In this document: positions 1-12,335 of the stretch, in pieces | Position numbering within the stretch: the first letter of the stretch is position 1 | Layout of the letters: every line of letters begins with the position of its first letter | Source of the DNA: Negaprion brevirostris | Taxonomy: Eukaryota | Reading direction: 5' to 3' | Assembly: GCA_030324005.1 (NCBI GenBank) | Contig: JARDVH010000163.1 | Span: 107,246,678-107,310,677 of the forward strand | Length of the DNA: 64,000 nt | Made by a program: the position numbers and the translations under genes | The notes under the pieces: generated by a model | What the model was told of the DNA's origin: nothing | The model's input: the letters and a program-made list of their open reading frames with translations, nothing else | The model's database searches: none

Positions 1-2039
1 CTTCGTCAGGTGAATGGAGAGTTCTGGCCTCGGACAGAGCATATAAAGCACAGACAGTTTAGAGATTACTGATTAGAGCCTGATTGAGCTTGTAGGAGAA
101 ACTTGCTTAGTTCTCTTGCACAGCTGAGGGAAATCAAAGGAACTGGGAGAAAAAATCCAACTTTCTTTTTCTCACGAGGTATGAAAAACCCCAACTTGAA
201 GCATAATCGTTTCATCCTGATTACTACTGCTATTAAGAACTTAAAATAATTTTTTGGGGGGGGGAGGGTGGGGATCCTGAAAACCTTATATTTATTTGTT
301 ATTCTTTAGATGTTATGAGATAGTCAGAAGGAAAGATGATTTTCCAGATGGTAAGTAGCTGACCTTCATGCATGGAAGGAGTTTTTATTAGGGAATTCAC
401 AAGACATTCCACTCATAGAAGTTAGATTTCATATAAAAGTTTAGAAAATGTCCTTGCATGAAAACATATTGCTAAAGCCTCAAAATAATCTGATTAATTT
501 TTAAAAGGACCAAAGAGTTTTGTCTAATTTCTACATCAGAGTGATGGAGATGTCTCTGGCTACAGGTTCCATATTTCTACATGTCTGCCTTTTAGGATAT
601 CACTGTAGTTTAACCTTTGACAGTCTGATCATCTAACTGCTCGTACTTCTATTCATCTCGTGTTATAGACTCTCTTAACACAAGTTCCTCTGAATTTTAG
701 AAGTTAATACTTATGGCAGGAATCTCTGTCAACACGTCATGCCTGTGTTGAATATATGTGCTTCGTTTGTGATGGCTATGTTCTGTGCCAGGTTGGATAG
801 CATGCCAGTAAACTGGAAATCAGCACTGCTTCAGCCCTCCTGGGATAGGCAGTTCTCCCATGGTATATCATGTCAATTAAGCTGATGAGTGTTTATCAAC
901 GTACTTCGGAAATCGAGCTGTGATTTTATTTTAGAATCTTAGCTAACGACATCTCCAAACATTCTCAATTAATGCTCATTCTATGGCATAGCCTCGGCAC
1001 TTAATTTCATGGGCAGGCCTTTCTTTGCTTTTTGTTCTACGTACAGGAAATTCTTTGCAGTCTTGAAGTGCATGGTGAAAGGAAAACTTTTTCTCAGGTC
1101 AACCACACACCAATGATGGCAAGATAGTAAACTGATTTTAAAAGAAAAAACAAGCCCACTTTTTGAAGTGTTCTACTTAAAACTGGAATGATTTTTGTGC
1201 CTCATTTAGATGCTATCGCTTAAATAGTCCAAAAACTATTGAATAAACATTTTCCTTTGAGAGAGATTTCTTGACCAACTTACTGCTGTTATGAAAATTT
1301 ACCACAGTGGATTAAGCAATATTTTGTATCCCTGCATCTATTTACGAAAAGAGCGTTTCCACTTTTTATTTATGCTAGTAATTAAATACTTAAAGGAGTC
1401 TTGTATGAATGGTTTGAATCATGAGCCATTGTGCTGCATAACCTTTACAAGATTCATTCAGATTTAAAAGAATTTTCTTCAGTGTAGTTTAGCCCTGCCA
1501 CATAATGTGTCAAATGTTTTGTGGGTTCAGGATGGTAGTACTGATGCATTAAAAAAAATGAATATGAAGTCTAATGTATAATTCAGAGATTTGGTAACTT
1601 TAGTAACACTTTTCTTTAAATGTTTGTAGATTCTTCACAGTTATTACGAACAGTTACGCTGAAATAGCTGCGTACAGCATTATGTTGCTGCAGTGTGAAT
1701 AGCACAGATCTTTTCATTGGAAAACAGTATTCTAAATTTGCTTGAAATATGTTGAAGGTTTGGCAAGAGAAATACTGTGCAACCTTGGTGTTTCACCTTT
1801 TTATGTGGTGAGCAACACATTGCAAGATTGTGGATGTGGTCCCAATAAGAATGATTACTTGAAGTAATGTAGGTCCGTTTGCAAAAGATGATAGAATTAT
1901 CAGTTTGTTGCTACTGAAGTTGCAGCTTTAAAGAGCTGAGTGCTGTTTTTGTTCATGGTTAGGCAACATGGTGCGCACGTGGAAACTACAACTCTGAACT
2001 TGCCATGAGCTAATGCAAACACTGAGTTCATTGTATTAT

Positions 2040-2115
2040 TTTAATTTTTGTCCTTGGGATGCGAACATTGCTGACAAAGCCAGCATTTATTGCCCATCCC
2101 TAATTGCCCTTGAGA
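2040..2115 (-). mobile_element. 3' tail fragment of a CR1-type LINE or its partner SINE
   Basis: cagcatttattgcccatccctaattgcccttgag is the reverse complement of the GGGCAATTAGGGATGGGCAATAAATGCTGG tail, also seen at ~37095-37165, ~50385-50450 and ~56255-56330. Confidence 0.7.
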
Positions 2116-2801
2116 ATGGTTATAATCGTACATATTCACTTAGTGGTAGTTTTGCTTAATTGTAATAATTAATTGACTCTAAATCCTTTTTCCATCTAAA
2201 CAACACATTATTAAAAAAGAATTTTAGATGGAGCAAAATGCAAATGCTGCTTTTGCTCAAAGCAAATACACCAATTTATTCCTCCATTTGTAGTATTGGA
2301 AGTTTGTCAAATGCAGTACAATAGTGTGCACTATTCTTAAGGGGTAGCTAAACTACATCCAATTAATAATGATTAAGAATATTCATCATCTGTTATTTTT
2401 TTGCTCGGAATATTGTGTTCATTGTTTAAAATGATAAGAATAACGGTTAAACTTTCTGGCCTTAAATGCATAGAACATTTCTACAAATATATTCCAATGT
2501 TCAACATTGAGCATAAAGATTATAATACACTGCTATTTGAAAATGAAAATTACACTCTGGTCTAGGTCTTGGTCTTATCAGGTACTCTTGGTGCTATGGT
2601 GATGAATGTGGCGAAATAGCTGCAATAGCTTCTAAAACTAATCCAAGCAACTGATGCAATTCAAAATAATTTCTGAAATGTTGTGGGTGTTGGATGGGTG
2701 GAGTTGTGGTGTGTGTGGGGGTAAAAGTTTAAGAATAAAATAAGGTAGTATTTTTTCACTAACCTGTATTACTTGAGTGACTCCTCTTTTGAAATTCCCA
2801 G

Positions 2802-2937
2802 ACAAGTAAAGGATCAGAATAAAAAAGTCGCCAACTTGAAACACAAAGAGCAGATGGAAAAGAAGAAGAATGCACAATTATTGGAGGAAGCTCGCAAACG
2901 AGAAGACAACTTGACCGATAACTCTCAACAGATGGAG
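2802..2937 (+). CDS. ERC2: Internal coding exon of an ELKS/CAST (ERC family) coiled-coil active-zone protein, likely ERC2
   Basis: Acceptor ttcccag|A and donor GAG|gtgggt; 136 nt (phase 2 in, phase 0 out). Translates (R)QVKDQNKKVANLKHKEQMEKKKNAQLLEEARKREDNLTDNSQQME, the recognisable KDQNKKVANLKH exon of ERC1/ERC2. The family call is firm; the paralogue call rests mainly on exon 28153-28313. Confidence 0.9.
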
Positions 2938-5900
2938 GTGGGTTGATTGTGAAAGATTGTCTGTCTGCCTCAGTGCTTCTCATCTTCTCTATGTATGCAC
3001 ACCTTTGAATTCAAAATTTGCATTTAGAACCTCAAGACATTCAGGCAATATTGTGTATATACATAGAGATCTAACCCAAGAAAAATAGCAATAATGATCA
3101 GCAAATTTTCATTTATGCACAAACTTACACCTTAGATTGAAGTATCCAAAGCCCACTCAGGAGAATTTAATCTTAGTGTTGGTCAAATACATAGCTTAAC
3201 TTTTCAAAGCAATGTGAAGAAAATAAAGCATTTGACTTTTCAAAAGTTAGGTGTTAAGACATTCTTGTCCCTGCTCTCTGCAAAGATCAGCAATTTATTT
3301 GTGTAGTTCAGTAGCTATTCTGCCAACCAGGTCTCCAGTCATCATTTAATAAACTGATCTTCCCTGGCATACTCGCAGTGTTTGAGCTAGGAAATGTCAT
3401 TGGATATTGGTGCACAGTTGAAAATGAGTTCAGGAACAAAATAACACATATAACTCTAAGGATTTTTAATGAAATATTAAGAAATTTAACATTTTGTATC
3501 AGTAGATAGAATTTTTAAAAACTATTAGATGTTAGTTTTCAGTCAAGTTATTAAAATAGCAAATTAGAAACTATTTTCCTGTGATAGCCTTATCCAGTGA
3601 AGTAGAAGGAGGAAAATCAGAAAGCTGGGATTTTGGTACCGTTGATTGGTGAATTCCGTTGCATTGTCAACCAGTACGGGAGTTCCCTGGATGCTGCTAT
3701 TTTACCAGGTTTTTATCTGCGACTGCTGTGTAAATATCCTCCAAATAAGTTAAACTGAATCACCAAATTCTGTGCTGCAAGTTCTGTGCACGTTGACTCT
3801 CAACACAAAATTTGGCCCGTAATGATTAACTGATGTCACTTGCTGATATTTGTATTTTGTTTCCTTTTGGAGAAGCAAACTGTAGATATTAAAGAGAATT
3901 TCCATGCTGGTCATGAGTGTAATATTGATGTGGGAAAGTGTTTCGGAGCACCTTTCCCGACTTTAGCCACATTGGGTACAATCTGGCAAATCATGAATCA
4001 GTCTGAATTAGTGAGATGAAATCACAGTGGACAACATTATTCTCAGAAAACTGCAAGATTTGATGTATATAACATCTGTCATGCTAGATTGATTTTATTT
4101 CAGTGCTTTATAGATTTGCACATTTTTGGCATGTTATGTGTCAAGAAAATAGAACTGTGTACCTGACTAATGGTTAATTTAAACATCTGAATTTAAAATA
4201 TCTGAGAACTTGTAATGTTCTCAGTTTCAACCCTTGATTTACCTACTTAAGCACTACTAATATTTGCTCTTTCATTTGTATAATATGATTAACTTTTTTT
4301 TCTCCATCGCAAATCAGTCTGCTTGTGGTAGCTTGCAGATGTTCAACTGCTAGACAGTCATGGTCGAACTTGAGCTTTTCTTCACGTGTTCATCAGACTA
4401 CAAGGCATGCAATGCTGGTTTCACCCTCAAATTTCTTGCTCTGCATTGCTTGCATTAGCTTTAGTTTTCTCTCCATACAGTGCCTGCCACAAAGACAAAC
4501 TGCTTTTTAAACGAGGATAAAAAAAGTGGGAAATTTTTAAAACGCATTTACATGACTGTTATGCTATAGGATCTCAGTTTGCAGTTTATTTGATTTCTGG
4601 CTATTTGATAAGATAGTCTAAGGTTATTTTGACCAGAGTTCTGAAAGTTGAGCCCTGATAGATTAACTCCGTGGATGGTACAGCTGAAAATCAGATTAGA
4701 TGGTTTAGCTTAACCACAATGCAGGGTTAAGGACAGAGGTGAGACTTGATGCATCAGACCTTTGCAGCAAATATTGTTCTTCAGTCTAATTTTGCTTTAT
4801 ATGGATTTAGAAATCAACCTCAGCATCTTATCTGTAAAAAGATATTTTTCTGCATTGTCACATGATATGGAGTGCAAGTAAGTCTAGGCCGAAACATAAC
4901 ATGCTAAAATAATGAAGGAAGATCAGACCAACATCTATAAATGAATAATATGCGATGGAATATAAATTCACTGTGGCTACATTTTAAATGAATCACAGCT
5001 TGAAACCAATTGGCATTTATCTAGTTACTAACTCAAATATTAATATTTCAGGATTGTTAACTCTGATGAGCTTGTATGTATTTGTCTTCACTTGACCAGT
5101 GGGGGTTCTATTAAGTAGTGGATAAATTCCATATGTGCTGCTGAAATGTGTTTTGAACCACAGCCAAAGTTTTAAACCTCTGTTCAGGAGAAAAACTGTA
5201 CCATTGTTGAAAGAATTTAATTTGAAGAAATCTGCAGCTGAGGGGAAAACTCAGGAAGGTTATAAAAGCCAAGTTTGCACAGGTCATTAAAGTCAGTGCA
5301 GAACAAACTAATGTACAAATATTGACTTCCACAGAGGTAGCTACAAAGTGGTATTTAGCTCTTTGTAAAGAGTGCTGACTTCATAACTTCAGATGTTACA
5401 ATTGGAAAATGTTTCAATTTAAAAAGCTGTCTGGTGTTAAATGCAAAAATCTGGAAAAAATTCAACATGTGGGTAATCTGCAGTAATTTTAACAGATTAA
5501 GTATGTACCAACAGTAATAGAATCTACTTCAAGTAACTGATTGTTTTAGTCATTCATAACAGAAAAATAACTAGCCATTTATCTAGTGGAGTTGCAACAG
5601 AAGACACATGCAGACATTTGAAATGATGTTATTGAGATCTGTGGTTTACAATAACCTTCCTGTAAATAGGCATAACCAACAAGTAATTATCATCTTCTGG
5701 AAGTGGGTTGAGTTGGCTCCAAGGCTACATATTTCCCAATAGAATATGAGCTAAACTTCAAGTAGTTCTGACTATTATTGATGTCTGACCAACTAGCCTA
5801 TAACCCACCTTATTAATCCAAGATAATAATAGCCTAGCCACTGGGATTCTTACCTTTTGACTTCAGATAGCCATGTAAACTATTGACTGAACAAGTAGAA

Positions 5901-6100
5901 TATCCTAGCTAGGCAAACAGCAGGAAATTTATCAGTGCTATGTGCTTATTTATAGCTACCAGAATATAGCACTGATAACCATTCTGCTGCATACATGATT
6001 GGGGCCTCAACTCTGTTAACCTAAGTAAATGAGATGCATCATTATCGAATAGACGGTGCACTCAAAATCAGGTCAATGGAAAATGCACATGACTGCAGAT

Positions 6101-6348
6101 TTTAAAGTTTGTTTATTAGTCACGAGTAGGCTTTCATTAACACTGCAATGAAGTTGCTGTGAAGTTCCTGTGGTCGCCACACTCTGGTGCCAGCACATGT
6201 TTCAGACTGTGGGAGGAAACTAGAGCACCCAGAGGAAATCCACGTAGACACGGAGAGAACATACAAATGCCACAAGACAGCAACCCAAGCCGGGAATCAA
6301 ACTCAGGTCCCTGGCACTGTGGGACAGCAATGCTAGCCACTGCTACCC
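6101..6348 (-). mobile_element. tRNA-derived V-SINE with alternative 3' tail
   Basis: The minus strand reads a tRNA-like head with B box (GAGTTTGATTCCC), then the V-domain TTTGTATGTTCTCTCCGTGTCTACGTGGATTTCCTCTGGGTGCTCTAGTTTCCTCCCACA. The tail is GAGTGTGGCGAC...TTCACAGCAACTTCATTGCAGTGTTAATG...GACTAATAAA. Confidence 0.85.
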
Positions 6349-6560
6349 TTGCTGGAACCTAAAACAAAATAGAAAATGCTGGAAAATCGCAGCAGGTCTG
6401 ACAGTATCTGTGCCGAGTATCTGTGCGTAGAGCTAAGGTTTTGAGTCTGGATGACTCTTTGTCAGAGCTCTGAAAAGTTATCCAGACTCAAAACATTGGC
6501 TCTACCCTATTTCCACAGATGCTGTCAGACCTGCTGAGCTTTTCCAGCATTTTCTTTTGA
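6349..6560. mobile_element. Palindromic Penelope-derived non-coding element (decayed hammerhead motif on each strand)
   Basis: agaaaatgctggaaaatcgcagcaggtctgacagtatctgtg is inverted by cacagatgctgtcagacctgctgagctttccagcattttct. The symmetry centre is tcagagctctga at ~6462-6473. Confidence 0.75.
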
Positions 6561-9500
6561 AATTTTACCTATTTGAATTTGTCAGTATCTGTGCTTGGAG
6601 ACGCTAAAGCGTGATGACAAGACCCCAGATTGCATATATGATAGATGGCCAGCAGAGCCAATAAAATAAAAACTTTGAACTGTTCAAAAATCATGTTCTT
6701 ACGTGTTTGTTTTGTATCTCCAACTGCAAAATACTCTGTGGTGTGGCTTGGTGTACCAGCATGCAACAGGTGAAAATACACACAGACAGATGTGATTTCC
6801 CAACCACTTGTCTTTATGTGTGGTATTGTTAGGTATTGCATGTGGTCTGGATAAACAAGACCTGCATCCTGATCTTCATAGCTAAAATGAAACTACACTT
6901 TCACTTGCATATTGTTTTAAATGAAAACAGTCAAAACATTTAGAGCAAATTGGAATAAAAGTTATATCATCTTTAGCTTCTCCACTGGTATACCCATTTC
7001 AGTCCCATTATTGCAATCCATTGCCATTCTTAAAGGGCTGGATGGAAGTAATGGTGAGTTATCAGTGTTCAGCATTATTGAAGAGTCAAGCAGGCAGCAA
7101 CTTCTGGCAACCACCTATGCACAGTTAAATGTCATAATGACAGTTCGCCAATGGACTCTTCATTAAAACATATGGAACAGTCTTAAACCTTTCCTGTAAT
7201 CACATGAAAGATAATTATGAAACTTGCCAGAAAAGTCTTGATGTTGTCTATTCAGGTGAAAGTAATCTTTTAATCGTGTATTAAATCTTAATTATTGCCA
7301 AATAATATCTCTGGCACTCAAAATTCATTTTCAGACTTGTGAAGTCTCTCACCTTCAAGTTTTGGTTATAGTTGGAGATTTTAAAAAATTATTTCTTTTG
7401 GCCTCTTATCTCTCTCACTTTTCCATCTTTCTGTCCCTCTCATTGTCTTGATTTCTTTGCCCATTTTGAAAATGAATTAAACATTTCTAACTTGTACTTC
7501 CTGGTTCAGACTCTGCGCTCCTCAATAACAGTTTTTCAATCTGATTGCTGAAGGAAATCAACAGTATTGCACCCTGTTCACACAGGTCGTATATTCGCTG
7601 TAGATCGCGCAGTGCTATCTGAGTACAGCATGTTCCAGTGCGAAACCTCACAGAGTCTGTGGGCAAGTGTAAGTGTTTTGAACAGCTGGTGCCGTTCATC
7701 TCCGCCAACCACAAAATGCAAGCCATTGCTTCTGTGCCACAAATATTAAACACAGGAAGAGATAATCTAATCAGACTTTACAGGGAACGATTGAGCTACA
7801 GTCAGACATTAAGTGCCAATTGGAATTTTTAAAGCCCATTTTTAAGCATTAAAACAGCATGACCACCTTATTTGTGATCGAGACAACAGTTAGCAGATGT
7901 ATCTTATTATAGTATTTGAAGATGGAAGCAAAAATTCAAGCTGTCTTAAATGAAGAAAATAATGCACGTTAAGCTAATTGGCACAGTTTTTATGGTACAA
8001 CTGGATCATTGAGGAATTTTAAAGGTCTAATTTCAAGTTACACTATATTTTCTATTGTGAAATTGCCAATGCTACATAAATATTACTCCACAATTCCAGG
8101 CAATACCGCATGCATTTTACTCATTGCAACATATTTTAAATACATTCAGAAGCCAGTAGGAGTCAAATTGCAGTGAAATGGCTCATAGTGATGCAATGGG
8201 AGAAATGTCTTCTTTACTCTGAGGTTAGAATGTCAGAGTATTTGAGCCTCAAGTAACAAGTGAATCATTTTTTGATTTTCATTTACTTAATTAAACTGAT
8301 GTGGTTGACCTATCCACATTCATCATTATTGCAGTGTGTGTTTGACAGCAGCTGCTGGAGTCCAAGCGTGCAGTTAGTGTGCGTTGTTGCAGTCTTGTGT
8401 GATAGACTCAATACTCCAATGCCTCAGACTTGCTGTATTTCCTACTAGTTCCACACTAAAGCGGTTGAGAAAGTTAAGGCCAGTGCATTCAGGAACGACT
8501 AAGTTTTTAAACAACGTAGCAAAAGATAAATGCTTGTGCACAACCTCTATGGCCCTGAAAAATTATTTTAACAAACATAGAGTATCATTCCCTCAAAAGA
8601 AGATTAATGTTGTAGATTTTTTTTTACTTTCCAGTTTCTCTTTCAATTGCTTTCTTCATCCCTTCTGTATTTTCCAATCTTTATCTTGATTCCCATACAT
8701 GTTTTAAATGCAATTTATATTTCTTGTGTTTACTTTCATGGCTTGGGACTGCTGTTCAGTGAGGATGCTGCAGTTTGATTAATTGAAGGGCCTTGCTGTT
8801 GCTTGCCCTGTTCAGACACCACAAATTCTTTTTAGAAGACATTGCATTAAAAAGAATCACAAAATGACTAGAATTTTCCATTGATTAGTCTGGGCAACTG
8901 TATGTGAGGTGAGCAGTGAAAGCTACTCCTTTGCCATTGGCAGTAAAATCCAGGTCCACATCTGGCTTTGAAAACCTGAGAAATCTGTGCATACATTAAA
9001 TATGGTCACACAGTCTGCTAAAGCATTAGACAAAGAATGCAATGTCTTGAAATTAGAGTCCTGATTTTCCCGCCAACTTTATAACAGAAATTGACAGATT
9101 ATGGCTAACGAAGTACCCAATGATGCAGTCTTCCCATTAGACTGAAATGGAAACATGCTCTGTCTCCAAGAACCATTGTCTTACCTCGTGCATACCTTTT
9201 GCATCTTTAAAGTAGCAGTAAACTTGGATTTGTCAGAAATGTTGCATACCAGCTTGTGGATGCAACTCGTTGTCCTCGATGCTGGAGAAACACCAAAATT
9301 AAAAGGGTGTTGTTTCATGTAAAAAGTATGTGGTAGGAAATAATTTTCACTTTTATTAACATAGAGCATGATAAAATAACTTTGCATTGAAATGCATTGC
9401 AGTATTTCAACATAATGACATTTTGATAAATAATGTGCAGGTCTTCACACTCGCAATACAAGGAGGACATGCTGCTGGAAAAATAATAATTCATCCTATT

Positions 9501-10348
9501 ATCTGTTTTAATTTTACAGCTTGTCCATGGATTCACTTTAAAATTTGCAGAAATAAGCACATAAGCAAATCTACTAGGCTAAGCAATCAAATCTTATGCC
9601 ACAAGTGCATTTGAGAACTGAGTTTACCATCAATTTAGTCCATAATGTGGAACATGCCTCTATTTTAATATGTTTGCACCTTAATTTTTCATTAATTTAG
9701 TGTGAGCAATTCACCGCTTTTAATTAAAACATGAATGTTTCTGTCCTACAGCAAATGGCAAAATGTTTCACCTATGTTGACTGTGCAAGGACATATGGAA
9801 TCTGAAACAATTCTTCAATTCGAAATATCTTGGCATCACTTCCTTATATAATTTATTTTGCTGTGAATGTGCAAACTTAAATATTGAGTAAGCGTTCTTT
9901 TGAAGATTGGACTGGTAGATAAAGGTAATGGAACAGATGTGTTCAGAGCAAATACAGCAACATTGATAGAATGATACTTGAGGAAGCAGAAAGAAAGAGC
10001 TTATATCTTACATTCGTAATGGATAGAGTGAATGATTGAATGTATGACAAATCCCATCAGTGGTGGTTCTTGGTAAAGGTGGTGATCTTGCTTTGGGTGT
10101 AAGCAGCTTAAGCAGTTTCTGATTGTGAAACAAAAAAAAATTTCAGAAAACATTGCAGTAAACTTGAGAGCACGGACAGTTGAATGAAAATTGTAGATGA
10201 TTAGCTCATACAATTTAATACTAAATAGAATGATTTTGGGAGGAAAAAAATGATAATATCACTTAGAAAGATGCTGAAGGGTATCAATAAGTGGAGATCT
10301 AGAGATTTCAAATACTCAGTTCCTTAAAAAATACAGGTGTATGTAGAT

Positions 10349-10815
10349 CAGTGATGAACAACCAAAGGTAGCGAGTGGACTGCATGAGTGGGCATCTTTC
10401 ATGTCAGTGGGCCACAAGATTGAAACCAGACATGTTCACTAACTATAACCCTTGAATAAGATTGAATACATTAATACACACCAAATATTTCATAATAAGT
10501 TACCAAAAATAATCATTCATATATTGTTAGAGCTGCTATCGACTTCAAGTGGTAAAAACAAAACAAATATTTTCATTTGATTGGATGCACAAGGAGCACG
10601 CAACTCAGTCATTGTGTGGAATCAGTATACACCTCACTTCATGTGCCCTTGGTTTACTTCGTATCACCTCAGTTATACCTGTAGGAAAAAAACACTACAT
10701 GGATGGAAAGCAGTGGAATTTGGGAACTCTGCACATGGCCCAAATTTCCTGTGGGCTGCACTAGTAATCCTGATGGGCCACATGTGGTCTCTGAGGCTCA
10801 GGTTGCCAACCACTG
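10349..10815. mobile_element. hAT (Charlie-like) non-autonomous DNA transposon / MITE
   Basis: Termini cagtgatgaacaacc and ggttgccaaccactg form an imperfect TIR. It has subterminal gggccaca/tgtgggctgca motifs and 8-bp flanks atgtagat (10341-10348) and gggtagat (10816-10823), consistent with a decayed hAT TSD. Confidence 0.75.
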
Positions 10816-12203
10816 GGGTAGATGTTGTCATTAAAAAGGCCAGTGATATTTTGCGTTTTAAATTCAGGGACATGGAGTGTAAGGATGACCAGGCACGATA
10901 TATTTGTTGCGAATTAATGATTATGCTCCAGAGTACTGTGTACATTTTGGGCACCCTGTTGTTTGAAATATTTCCACTGCATCAGAGATGTTGAGAGGGG
11001 TGAATGATAACTTTTTTGTTTGGGAATTAAGTGAAAGAGGAATCATTAATTTAAAATCCTCATGAAATGGAGGATTTGGGTTAATAATAAAATTAAAGCA
11101 GGGTTATGGGAAGAAAATAGCATGGGGAAATCTATTTTGGTTTGCTGTAGCTGAGAGTTGGTATGGACACAATGGTTAAACATTCTACACTCTTTTTACT
11201 GACAGAAGAGCACTTTTAAAATGTACATATTAATGGTAGTTTAAACATGCATGATACATTCTTTGAACATTAAATTTAAATACCAAATTACAATATAAGA
11301 TTTTAATGACTTATTTCATAAAATTTAACACCTCATAAAGTATATAATTGTTCCATCGCATTATTTGTTTCGACTTTGAAATCATAATTCCCTCCTTTCT
11401 TCAAAAATGCAATTCTCACTAGTGCTAAGTTTGCATAATATCACTCTGCTTTTGTCACTCTCTTTTTGACTGCACTAAAAATCTCAGTTAAAACAGTCTG
11501 TTGAAAAGCCTTTATTTGTTTCACCAATGTGCTACAAAACTCTGAAAATACCAGCATTGTCAGGTTCCACATATGGGTTTAAAATTGGCCCTTCAGTACT
11601 GCAATGGATAACACGTTCACTGTTGATTTTAGTGAATTAAATTGCTAGCCTGCTGTCAAATTCAATTTGTATGGTGCGTAACCAGCACACAGCGTCCCTG
11701 TGTGACTAGCCAGTTCCAACAACAGCTTATGTATCTTTTATTTGTTTTTGTTTTGTTTTCACTTATAGTTGTGAAAAGAACCATTTTCAGAAATTAGAAG
11801 CCTACAGATCCTTACCGTTTCATGACTTGATTAACTTTCGTCTTATGTGTACCATTTCTCAATGTCTAGCCTATAAACCAACAGTTCCATACTTTGGACT
11901 GAATTGGCTGTCTCTTAACCCTTTTTAATTGCAGGTTTACCTTTGTACTCATCTTACATTTACAGATGAGCGGCAGAAAGTTGAAAATTCCAGGGCAGAG
12001 CCATTAATCAGTGCTGTGTTTAATGTGTTATGGAATAATTTTTTGGTAGCTTGTGATGGTTTACATTTTTTTATAATTTCAGATTTGATCCTGATATTTT
12101 AATGAGCAGAGTTGCACCGTGGAAAATGTTCAGAGAACTATTAATAATCTAATTGCAATTATCCATTGGAATAATATTCCATAGTTTTCCTGCTTTTTCC
12201 CAG

Positions 12204-12335
12204 GAATCAGTGCAACAAAAAGACCAGAGAATAGAGGAACTGGAAGAAGCCCTGCGCGAGAGTGTGCAGATAACTGCAGAGAGGGAAGTGATTCTCGCCC
12301 AGGAAGAAGCTTCTAGATCTTCTGCAGAGAAACAG
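12204..12335 (+). CDS. ERC2: 132-nt frame-preserving (cassette-type) coding exon of the ERC family gene
   Basis: Polypyrimidine tract, acceptor ttcccag|GAA, weak donor CAG|gtctgc. Translates ESVQQKDQRIEELEEALRESVQITAEREVILAQEEASRSSAEKQ, matching the RIEELEEALRESVQITAERE exon recalled from ERC1. Phase 0/0. Confidence 0.9.

Noticed and set aside
1021-1080. Polypyrimidine tract with two AG acceptors and a gtgaaa donor, checked as the 12-nt microexon recalled upstream of the KDQNKK exon
   Set aside because: The possible exons are 14 or 28 nt, do not preserve frame, and show no similarity to the expected peptide.
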